The translations under genes were made by a program, and so were the position numbers. 64,000 bases of DNA from a virus. Below the pieces are notes generated by a model. The model did not search any database, was not told where the DNA came from, and saw nothing but the letters and a program-made list of their open reading frames with translations. Where the stretch lies: positions 31,305 to 95,304 of the IMG/VR virus record IMGVR_UViG_3300025732_000024. One strand, written 5' to 3'. Below, one piece after another: positions 39,475 to 47,456 of the stretch (its first letter is position 1; each line of letters begins with the position of its first letter).

Positions 39475-40028
39475 GGTTTCAGGAATGTATTGAGTATTTT
39501 TAATAATTCTAGGATAGCATCTCCCGACACCTGATCACGGTTAGATAATTGCAATAACTCATATCCCAATAATTCATAGTTAATACCCTGTAAATTAACA
39601 ATCACAGGGTATTTTGATTTTAATATTAATGCTTTATTAAAAGCGTCAAATTTCCAATACAAGGATACATCTACCATAATTAAATTCTGGGTAAAGCTTA
39701 ATATATGGGAATTAAAAACAGACTTCGGTTTTATGCCATGACAACCATAAAATGTATCGTCAGGCTCTTTATCGCATATTTGTTCTAATATATTAACTAA
39801 ATTAGCGCGGGTAGTTTTAACCCGGTGTTTTTGCCCAATCAGTCCATAAATCTCCCGCATCATATCCCCAATATAATTAGGGTCATATCCTAATTTTGTT
39901 GCTATTTCATTATAAGAATGTCCTTGCAAAAGCATTTTTAAACTATCAGACTCTACCGTGTTCAAAGGCTTATTTCTGATATCTTCAGATATTTTATTAA
40001 GGTATTTAATATATTCAATTTGCTTCAT
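39471..40028 (-). CDS. Cyanobacterial HTH-domain protein (start MKQIEY)
   Basis: KPLNTVE...QGHSYNEIATKLGY...YI, as in N-terminal HTH of cyanobacterial NTPases; the ORF-track start lies inside a CRISPR repeat. Confidence 0.65.
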   Translation of the reverse strand: MKQIEYIKYLNKISEDIRNKPLNTVESDSLKMLLQGHSYNEIATKLGYDPNYIGDMMREIYGLIGQKHRVKTTRANLVNILEQICDKEPDDTFYGCHGIKPKSVFNSHILSFTQNLIMVDVSLYWKFDAFNKALILKSKYPVIVNLQGINYELLGYELLQLSNRDQVSGDAILELLKILNTFLKP

Positions 40029-40155
40029 ACTTTCCCAGTCTATTCTAATGTTCTGCAAGGTACTAGCTTTGCTCCATCTCATCCAGGATGATATAAAATT
40101 GTTTCGTTCTTCCCAGGTTTTTTGTGGGTTTGTTTCGTTCTTCCCAAGTTCTCGT

Positions 40156-40624
40156 GTTTCGCTCCACCCCAACTCTTTCGCCCCTTAGCAAGAAAATCGC
40201 TACTATGTGCGACTTCCATTGATTAGTTTCCTCCCACCCCAATCCTTTCGCCCCTTAGCAAGCTAAATAAGCCTTTGCTAATTTAGGAGCTAGTTCCTGT
40301 TTCCTCCCACCCCAATCCTTTCGCCCCTTAGCAAGCGTTAATCAGGTCGGTTTTGGGGTTATTTTCTGTGGAGTTTCCTCCCACCCCAACTCTTTCGCCC
40401 CTTAGCAAGAATAGAATGTTATTATCTACATAGCTTATGTCTGAGTTTCCTCCCACCCCAACTCTTTCGCCCCTTAGCAAGTTTTGAGGTTATCTGTGTC
40501 GTATCAGAGTCAGATGTTTCCTCCCACCCCAACTCTTTCGCCCCTTAGCAAGCTATCAGCATCCAGGTTAATTCTTCTATCCGTTGCGTTTCCTCCCACC
40601 CCAACTCTTTCGCCCCTTAGCAAG
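40156..40624 (-). CRISPR. CRISPR array 1: 7 repeats of 37 bp, 6 spacers of 33-37 nt
   Basis: Repeat CTTGCTAAGGGGCGAAAGAGTTGGGGTGGGAGGAAAC at 40156, 40226, 40299, 40373, 40445, 40516, 40588; most divergent 3' end at the trailer repeat 40156. Confidence 0.98.
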
Positions 40625-40771
40625 TCCGTCTTTTCAAAGCCTTATGCAGCAAGGGTTCTGTGAGCGGTTTTGGCGAACCTCTTAAAAAATCTCATTTCAG
40701 CCGCTTCAATTTCTTGCGATGTGTAGCGAAGGAAGCCTGAAAATATTACAATGCCTTGGTTCTGAGGATTT

Positions 40772-40908
40772 GGCGAAAGCCTTGGGATAGAAAGCCAGCC
40801 ATAGCTCCGGCTGGTCTGTGAGGGTCATCACTTCTCCTCTTACTTTTCAGGACGAATCCCTAGAAGTCATAGGCTAACCAAAGTCAGCCACCCGCCCAAA
40901 CTGCGGTG
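40772..40908 (-). ncRNA. Putative tracrRNA 1; leader at 40625-40771
   Basis: Promoter TTGACA(40942-40937)-N17-TAACAT; anti-repeat CUUUCUAUCCCAAGGCUUUCGCC (40794-40772) pairs with repeat 1; homologous to 46278-46414. Confidence 0.8.
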
Positions 40909-41305
40909 ATTTGATGTTAGCCTACATCCTATTAATTGTCAATCAATATATCTATAGTCTTGTTGATGTTTCCGATAATTGATACAATATTCAAACCAGC
41001 ACCGCAAAGGTGGCACACGCACCACCTAAGAGGTTTTACCACTGGCAATATTTCACCCGTGAGGGCGGGCTACTTTATATGTCTAATGATACCTCAAAAC
41101 TGTTGTTGCAACAATTGATTCAGGATTTACCAGGGGTGAAGGACTTGCTGTTTCACGGTTGGTAGAGGTTTTTGTTAATTATCGAAAAGTCAATAAGACT
41201 ATTGAAGAAATGATATGATTACTGAAACCATCCCACTCAGGAATATTTGCGGTATTCCGGTGGTTTCAATGGTTAGTCCACTCTACTTAATTCCCTTAGT
41301 GAACT

Positions 41306-42067
41306 ATGAACAGTTTAACAAAGATTGACGTAATTAATAAAGATGGTGATTTAGTAGTTGACTCACGGTTAATCGCTGATGAATTAGGGATTGAACATGA
41401 AGTGTTTATGCGTACTGTTAAAAAGTACGAAACCAAGATACAACAACGCTTTGGAATAATCCGTTTTGAAAACGGAAAAATAGACGGGCGTGGTAGACCT
41501 GAAAAATACGCACTTTTAACAGAATCACAGGCTACCACTTTGATGACTTTTTCTCGTAACACGGATCAGGTTGTGGAGTGTAAATTAAACCTTGTGGCAG
41601 CGTTTGAAAAAGCTAAATCTGTAATCAAATCCGTCATTCCCCAGCAATCGGTACGTATTCAAGAATTAGAACTTGAATTAGCACTTGCCAAGGAAATCAA
41701 CGCGAGCAAGCGGCTTGACTCAGATATGCTTACAATGCACGGGAAGGAAACAGTTTTAGCGTTACGTGGAATGTCGGATCAGGTAATCAAATCCGAGGTA
41801 TTGGTAACTGAGATTGTGCAACCGGAAACTGGTAAAACCGTCAAAATTCTCACAGCAGATCAACTCAAGTCAGAAATTAAAAAACGTACAGGGCAAAAGA
41901 TACCCTCGCTTAAATGGGTAGCCGATAAATTACGTGCTGCAAATCGTGATGATTTATTAGTGCCTGTTACCCGTCACAGCACCAATGAATACATCACGTC
42001 CGATTCACTGGATGAAGTTATTGATTTGGTATTCGGAACTGCCAGACAAACATTAATTGGGGAGTAG
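41306..42067 (+). CDS. Rha-family antirepressor
   Basis: VVDSRLIA, LLTESQATTLMTFSRNT, KLNLVAAFEK. Confidence 0.85.
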   Translation: MNSLTKIDVINKDGDLVVDSRLIADELGIEHEVFMRTVKKYETKIQQRFGIIRFENGKIDGRGRPEKYALLTESQATTLMTFSRNTDQVVECKLNLVAAFEKAKSVIKSVIPQQSVRIQELELELALAKEINASKRLDSDMLTMHGKETVLALRGMSDQVIKSEVLVTEIVQPETGKTVKILTADQLKSEIKKRTGQKIPSLKWVADKLRAANRDDLLVPVTRHSTNEYITSDSLDEVIDLVFGTARQTLIGE

Positions 42068-42526
42068 TTAATTTAGTCGGTCGCATCTTTGGGGCGATCG
42101 CAGCTTCGTAATTCAGTAAGAAACACAAGGAGTGATGAAAAATACATGATTTATGACTACGCTGACCTTTATGATTATTCTATGATAAACGTAGGTAGTC
42201 GGGTTAGATCAACGATTCATAAAAACATGGCTGGGATAGTTGCAAAGAAAGAAGTAATAGAAGTATCCGGCATTCCTTCTGCTACCTTTATCACGGTTCA
42301 ATGGGATAACGGTGAAATATCACATCCGTATCCGCACCAGATAGCTATTGAGCTAGTTCTAAATAAATAAACTTGTCAAATTATTATTGTTACAACTTAT
42401 CGAAAAGTCAATGAGACTATTGAAAACATGATATGATTACTGAAACCATCCCACTCAGGAATATTTACGGTATTCCGGTGGTTTCGATGGTTAGCTTTTC
42501 ACCCGGAAAGGACGGGTTACTTTGCT

Positions 42527-43129
42527 ATGAACAGTATATCAGTTTTCGCGCTTAATGGAATCTCTGTAGAGTTAGACAAAGATTTTATCAGTCTCAATAA
42601 ACTATGGGAAATGGCTGGCAATCCAGAGAATCAAGATCCTCGTCAATGGGCAAGATTACCTCAGACAATCAGGCTAATCTCTCAAGTCCTTACGGAGCAA
42701 GGGTTTCAAGATAATAAGGAGAACAGGAAATTTGTTGTGGTTGTCAAAAGAGGCAAGTGCGGTTATACAAAAGCTATTCCTGCTATAGCGGCTGAGTATG
42801 AGTTGTACTTGAAAAAAACTCAGAGGGCATTAACTTTTGGAATCAGAGAAAAAAACATCCAAGCCTACTTAGCTCGAAAACTAAAAGGCAAAATTGAGAT
42901 CAAAACTTTAGCTGGGTTTATTGACATACTGACGCAAACAGAAATTATTGAAGTTAAAAATATTCGTGAGTGGAAGTCTGCTTTGGGGCAAATCTTAGTA
43001 TATGGAGATTACTACCCATCACATCAAAAAAGAATCCATCTGTTTGGCGAAACTGAAGAGTCATTTTTAAACATGGTACGTCAGCACTGCGAAAAAAGAG
43101 GAGTAAAAGTAACATGGCAGAAAATATAG
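42527..43129 (+). CDS. KilA-N-like domain plus PD-(D/E)xK nuclease domain
   Basis: ISLNKLWEMAG..PRQW; IDILT..IIEVK..WKSALGQ. Confidence 0.75.
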   Translation: MNSISVFALNGISVELDKDFISLNKLWEMAGNPENQDPRQWARLPQTIRLISQVLTEQGFQDNKENRKFVVVVKRGKCGYTKAIPAIAAEYELYLKKTQRALTFGIREKNIQAYLARKLKGKIEIKTLAGFIDILTQTEIIEVKNIREWKSALGQILVYGDYYPSHQKRIHLFGETEESFLNMVRQHCEKRGVKVTWQKI

Positions 43130-43416
43130 GATTTTATAAGATTCTCAAAGAACATGGTGTCAGTGCGCCGCATGAATACGCAATATGTACCAATGAGATT
43201 TACAAACCTTTATTCGGTGGTACTGCCAAAGAAGTAAAAGAAAAAAGAGGAATCAAAACACTTAGAAACGGTCTTTCAAGGGTTGAATTAATGGCCATTG
43301 GGCTTGCGGAAGCATTAGCATCTGAAAAGATGGAAAATACCAATGCCAATGGTTTCTTAAAATGTCGAAACATTTGCAGCGACTCCAGTAAACGAGTTAA
43401 CCGAGTTTTTGAATAA
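43114..43416 (+). CDS. Antirepressor C-terminal-like protein
   Basis: YAICTNEIYKPLFG..A..LRNGLSRVEL. Confidence 0.55.
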   Translation: MAENIGFYKILKEHGVSAPHEYAICTNEIYKPLFGGTAKEVKEKRGIKTLRNGLSRVELMAIGLAEALASEKMENTNANGFLKCRNICSDSSKRVNRVFE

Positions 43417-43441
43417 CCATCTCAACTAATCACAAAACACA

Positions 43442-44095
43442 ATGGAATCATACACAGAAGATAGTCCATTTGTTCCTAGTTTTTCTATCAAGAAACTAGC
43501 AAAAACGCTATTGGGAGATCACAATAATCTGCCAGATTCACCTGGTATTTACTTTGCCTTAGACGCTGCTAATCGTGTTTGGTATGTCGGCATATCAACC
43601 ACCAGCCTAAGAAATCGCCATGCTAGTCACGAGAAATTACCAGAGTTCAAAGAACATAAAGTGCAGTACATAGCCTACTTTGTATGGACTGACATAGACG
43701 ATTTAGAAGAATGGGAAATAGGCTATATCCAGAAATTTAATCCCCCATTAAACATAAACCATATCCAAAAAGAATTACCTCAGATTGACTTAGGGTATGG
43801 TGAGGAACACTACATCAGCAGATACAGAGAAATAAAAGAGCAAATAGCTTTGTTAGAACAGGAAATGGAAGAATTAAAGCCAAATCTTGTTACCTTATTA
43901 GAACGTGAAGGTGGGAAAATATCTCATAAACCCCTGGGATTTAGTGGATACCTAACATCACGCAAATCTTACCAATATTCATCAAAAGTAGAAGCTATCA
44001 AAGAGCTACTAAAACAATCTCAGAAACAAGAAGAAGAGGACGGTACTGCTATTGTGAAATCCGTCACAACTTACCCAACATTTAGATTTAGATAG
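43442..44095 (+). CDS. GIY-YIG domain protein
   Basis: PGIY...WYVG...LRNR...E..YI.KFNPPLN. Confidence 0.8.
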   Translation: MESYTEDSPFVPSFSIKKLAKTLLGDHNNLPDSPGIYFALDAANRVWYVGISTTSLRNRHASHEKLPEFKEHKVQYIAYFVWTDIDDLEEWEIGYIQKFNPPLNINHIQKELPQIDLGYGEEHYISRYREIKEQIALLEQEMEELKPNLVTLLEREGGKISHKPLGFSGYLTSRKSYQYSSKVEAIKELLKQSQKQEEEDGTAIVKSVTTYPTFRFR

Positions 44096-44105
44096 TTGAT
44101 TACCC

Positions 44106-44345
44106 ATGAAAAAACAGCAACCCGAAAAAGTATCAATCAGTGAAATAATTCCCTTCCTGCTCACCATAGATACTCGTAACTGGGAGCAATTCAAGGCACT
44201 GGAAAAAAGCTTTGTTGATAAACACGATGCGGAGACGTGGGAATATGTACTTAACTTTCAAATAAAACCAGTGCTAGATAAAGATTCTGACCGATGGTTA
44301 CTAATTCAATGGTGTAAAAATATCATAGTCAATCAAGGTTATTAA
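44106..44345 (+). CDS. Small hypothetical protein
   Basis: ORF directly upstream of the type V gene. Confidence 0.55.
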   Translation: MKKQQPEKVSISEIIPFLLTIDTRNWEQFKALEKSFVDKHDAETWEYVLNFQIKPVLDKDSDRWLLIQWCKNIIVNQGY

Positions 44346-44378
44346 CTAGGGAAAACAAACAAGCAAGCAGTAAACAAC

Positions 44379-46247
44379 ATGAAAACAATCAAAATCAAGG
44401 TAAAGCTAACACCTAGTCAAATAGAATCCTGCGATAAATATTTAGAAGAATTATCCTGGTTGTGGAACTTGGTCCTAGCCAATCAACTGCACAATCACTG
44501 TATTCGCTGGTATGAATGGGCTGCTAAACTTAGTGCCGAATTAGCAAAAACCAACGAGAAGTTAGAGAAATTAAAACCAGAACAACAGCAATTAATTAAA
44601 GATTATTACAACTCCACAACCAAGCCTAAGCTAAGTAAAAAAGACCAAGAATTAGTCAACAAATTCAACATACTCTCTAGATGGAGTCCCTTCGATTTAG
44701 AAGGGATTATTCCCGTCCCTTTGCGTATTGGTAACAGTGCTTATGAAGGACTATCTTGCCAAATTGCCACAGGTGGGAGCTACTGGAAACGAGATGACAA
44801 CACCGTCATTCCCGTTAACACCAAGAAAGGCATAGCATTCATCAAAGGGTCGAAGTTAGTCAAGGGTGACAGACCCTGGCAGCGAATAGAAATAAAGTCC
44901 CATGAGTACAGGAAATTCCCCGGCGGTAAATACGAAGGACGGGAATTAATCACCTTAGAAAAATTCGATAATCTCAACGGATTAAACACACTAAGAGCAT
45001 CTCAAAACCTACCAGATTTAACCGTTTCTTCTCACTACATAGGTGGTCTATTGGGATTCTTCAAAGAATCTTGGAAAGCATTTTTGGATTCAAAAAGGAC
45101 AATCAGCAGGAAGCCTAAATTCAAAAAAGATAACGATAAAATTGCAACCTTGTCTAACAGTCAATGCCCACCAAACCGCATAGATGTTGACAAAAACATC
45201 ATAGCCATAACCGGATTCAGTGCAGTGAAAGTTGATGATAAATCCTGGGTAAAACGACTGAATTTATCCCAGTCCTTACCCCGCACCTATATGTTGACAA
45301 AGCAACAATCAGGCTACTACATAAACATTATAGTTGCTCATCCACTGCAAGAAGAGAAGTCAATATTAGCCAACAAACTACCCAAAGTCAAAAAACAATT
45401 TGGAGAAGACAGTCAAGAGTATGCAGATATTAAGTCAAAACTAAAATTCATTGAACAACAAATCAAGGAATCATCAGTCATTGAAGGCAAGGGATTAAGT
45501 GTAGGCATAGACCCAGGCGTTCAGTCAGTTGTGTCCACAGACCACGGTGCTTTATTTTTGCCAAATTTATCTAGGGAGCGTGTTTCTATCCACATAGAAG
45601 AACTCCAATCAAAACTAGATAATGCTGAATCAATCAATGATAAAAAGTGGAAAGAAGCAGGGAACAAAACACCTAGACCTAGAACCAATACCGAGATTAA
45701 ACTACAAGATAAAATCAGAAGATTGCATGAACGCGGCAGCAATTCATCCAATGCCTTTAATCACAAATTATCCACAAGATTATCGCGCACCTATGAACAT
45801 ATTGCCTGGGAAAACACCCAAATCAAAAACCTACTCAAGCAAGTAGAACCCAAATCACTACCAGAAGGTACCGGCTACGCTCACAATGGTGCATCTGCTA
45901 AACGCGGATTAAATTGGATTATGAGACAAAGATGTTTAGGTGATTTAGAAAAAAAGACAAAGCTAAAAGTTGAAAATCGCGGTGGCAGTTTTCAGCAGCC
46001 ACCAGCTAACTACACATCCCAAACTTGCCACCAATGCGGACAAAAGGGAGAACGATTATCACAGCATGAATTTATCTGTAAAAACTCCGAATGTAGACTG
46101 TTTAACGTCCCACAACAAGCAGATACCAACGCAGCCAGGAATCACAAACAGAACGCCGGATTTGAATTAGGAGAAGTCAAGTACAACGGCGTAAGATTGA
46201 CATACGAAAAACCCCAAAGATTCAAGAAAAAACGCGCTGACAGTTGA
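44379..46247 (+). CDS. TnpB-derived type V (Cas12-like) effector, 622 aa, RuvC triad intact
   Basis: MKTIKIKVKLT start; RKPKFKK; GIDPG (D378); AWEN (E478); YTSQTCHQCG...CKNSEC; ADTNAARN (D582); tracr/leader/array directly downstream. Confidence 0.88.
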   Translation: MKTIKIKVKLTPSQIESCDKYLEELSWLWNLVLANQLHNHCIRWYEWAAKLSAELAKTNEKLEKLKPEQQQLIKDYYNSTTKPKLSKKDQELVNKFNILSRWSPFDLEGIIPVPLRIGNSAYEGLSCQIATGGSYWKRDDNTVIPVNTKKGIAFIKGSKLVKGDRPWQRIEIKSHEYRKFPGGKYEGRELITLEKFDNLNGLNTLRASQNLPDLTVSSHYIGGLLGFFKESWKAFLDSKRTISRKPKFKKDNDKIATLSNSQCPPNRIDVDKNIIAITGFSAVKVDDKSWVKRLNLSQSLPRTYMLTKQQSGYYINIIVAHPLQEEKSILANKLPKVKKQFGEDSQEYADIKSKLKFIEQQIKESSVIEGKGLSVGIDPGVQSVVSTDHGALFLPNLSRERVSIHIEELQSKLDNAESINDKKWKEAGNKTPRPRTNTEIKLQDKIRRLHERGSNSSNAFNHKLSTRLSRTYEHIAWENTQIKNLLKQVEPKSLPEGTGYAHNGASAKRGLNWIMRQRCLGDLEKKTKLKVENRGGSFQQPPANYTSQTCHQCGQKGERLSQHEFICKNSECRLFNVPQQADTNAARNHKQNAGFELGEVKYNGVRLTYEKPQRFKKKRADS

Positions 46248-46277
46248 CAATTAAAACTGCTCATGCTAATATCAAAT

Positions 46278-46414
46278 CACCGCAGTTTGGGCGGGCGGCT
46301 AGTTTAATATTAGCCTATGACTTCTAGGGATTTATCCTGAAAAGTAAGGGGGAAGGTGACAACCCCCATAGACCAGCCGGAACTATGGCTGGCAGCCTTC
46401 AAAATCACTCGCGC
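46278..46414 (+). ncRNA. Putative tracrRNA 2; leader at 46415-46561
   Basis: TTGACA(46244-46249, overlapping the cas stop)-N17-TAATAT; hairpins co-vary with tracrRNA 1; anti-repeat-like CAGCCUUCAAAAUCACUCGC at 46393-46412. Confidence 0.78.
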
Positions 46415-46561
46415 AATGCCCAGAACCAAGAAAATGCAAGGGATTCAGGCAATCCTTTCGATACATAGCAAGTTGCTAAAGCGGCTGAAATGAGATTTTT
46501 CAGAAGACCCGCGCAAATGGCACTCAGAACCCTTGCTAGACAAGACTTTGAAGATGCGGCA

Positions 46562-47088
46562 CTTGCAAGAAGGGCGGAGGGATGAGAGGTGCTGAAACTA
46601 TTCTGATGGGATGAACGAGCTTATAGCCTGCGACTTGCAAGAAGGGCGGAGGGATGAGAGGTGCTGAAACTATTCTGATGGGATGAACGAGCTTATAGCC
46701 TGCGACTTGCAAGAAGGGCGGAGGGATGAGAGGTGCTGAAACAACGTTAGCGGATACATTACCCTCTAAAGGCATACAACCTTGCAAGAAGGGCGGAGGG
46801 ATGAGAGGGGTTGAAACGCGTGTGGCTGACTTTGGTTAGCCTATGACTTCTAGGGACTTGCAAGAAGGGCGGAGGATAGAAAGGACTGAAACCTCCAGAA
46901 ATTTAATAGCATTATCATTGCGGACAGCAGCTTGCAATAGGCAGAGGAAAAAGAAGGACTGAAACTAGCTTAAAGCAGCAATCAATCAACTTTACCAACC
47001 CTTGCAGCAACGCCAGACCAGGAAGGACTGAAACGCGAAACAGCAGCTTAATGATTGCCGCAATAACAAGCACAAAGAAGGCCGAAAC
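46562..47088 (+). CRISPR. CRISPR array 2: 4 near-consensus 37-bp repeats plus 4 progressively degenerate ones
   Basis: CTTGCAAGAAGGGCGGAGGGATGAGAGGTGCTGAAAC at 46562, 46634, 46706, 46781; variants at 46857, 46931, 47001, about 47054; spacers 1 and 2 identical. Confidence 0.96.
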
Positions 47089-47270
47089 AATGGATACTAA
47101 AGCATCAACCCTAATCGGGTTCAGGTTCAGCCAAAACCAGATTAGCTAATTCTGGTATGGGTGGATTCTCTACAAAGTCTTGCAAAATATCACCAACCAC
47201 GTCAGCATTAAGACTTAAATCAGTCATTAAATCGCCTATGGGCGGGAGTGTTTCTGCGTCAGGCGTAAAT

Positions 47271-47456
47271 TTAGACATTTCCATTTTTCTCTTTCCCTGA
47301 TACAGCCAAACCTGCACTACCTGATGCTAAAGCGAGCGAAATGTTGAACGCACCGCTACTTTTAGCATCTGACAAATTAGGAGCAAATAACACGGCTAAG
47401 GCTAACACTGTACTTAGCAGAGCGAATATTCCGGGTAAAACACTTTCGTTATTCAT
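47271..47456 (-). CDS. Small two-TM membrane protein (possible holin)
   Basis: Two hydrophobic segments; overlaps the portal stop. Confidence 0.4.
   Translation of the reverse strand: MNNESVLPGIFALLSTVLALAVLFAPNLSDAKSSGAFNISLALASGSAGLAVSGKEKNGNV

Noticed and set aside
40553-40587. Array 1 leader-end spacer resembles the cas12 gene near 44443-44462 (18/20)
   Set aside because: Only the central 20 of 35 nt match and the 5' seed does not; compatible with chance
44379-46247. Cas12k/CAST or IS605 TnpB interpretation
   Set aside because: RuvC acidic triad intact, no tnsB/tnsC/tniQ or tnpA, and a tracr plus array lies directly downstream
46536-46787. 83-aa ORF with repeated peptide
   Set aside because: Antisense translation of CRISPR repeats and the duplicated spacer
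46893-46930. Array 2 spacer 5 shares a 14-nt match with the GIY-YIG gene near 43728-43741
   Set aside because: Short AT-rich match with no extension; plausible by chance
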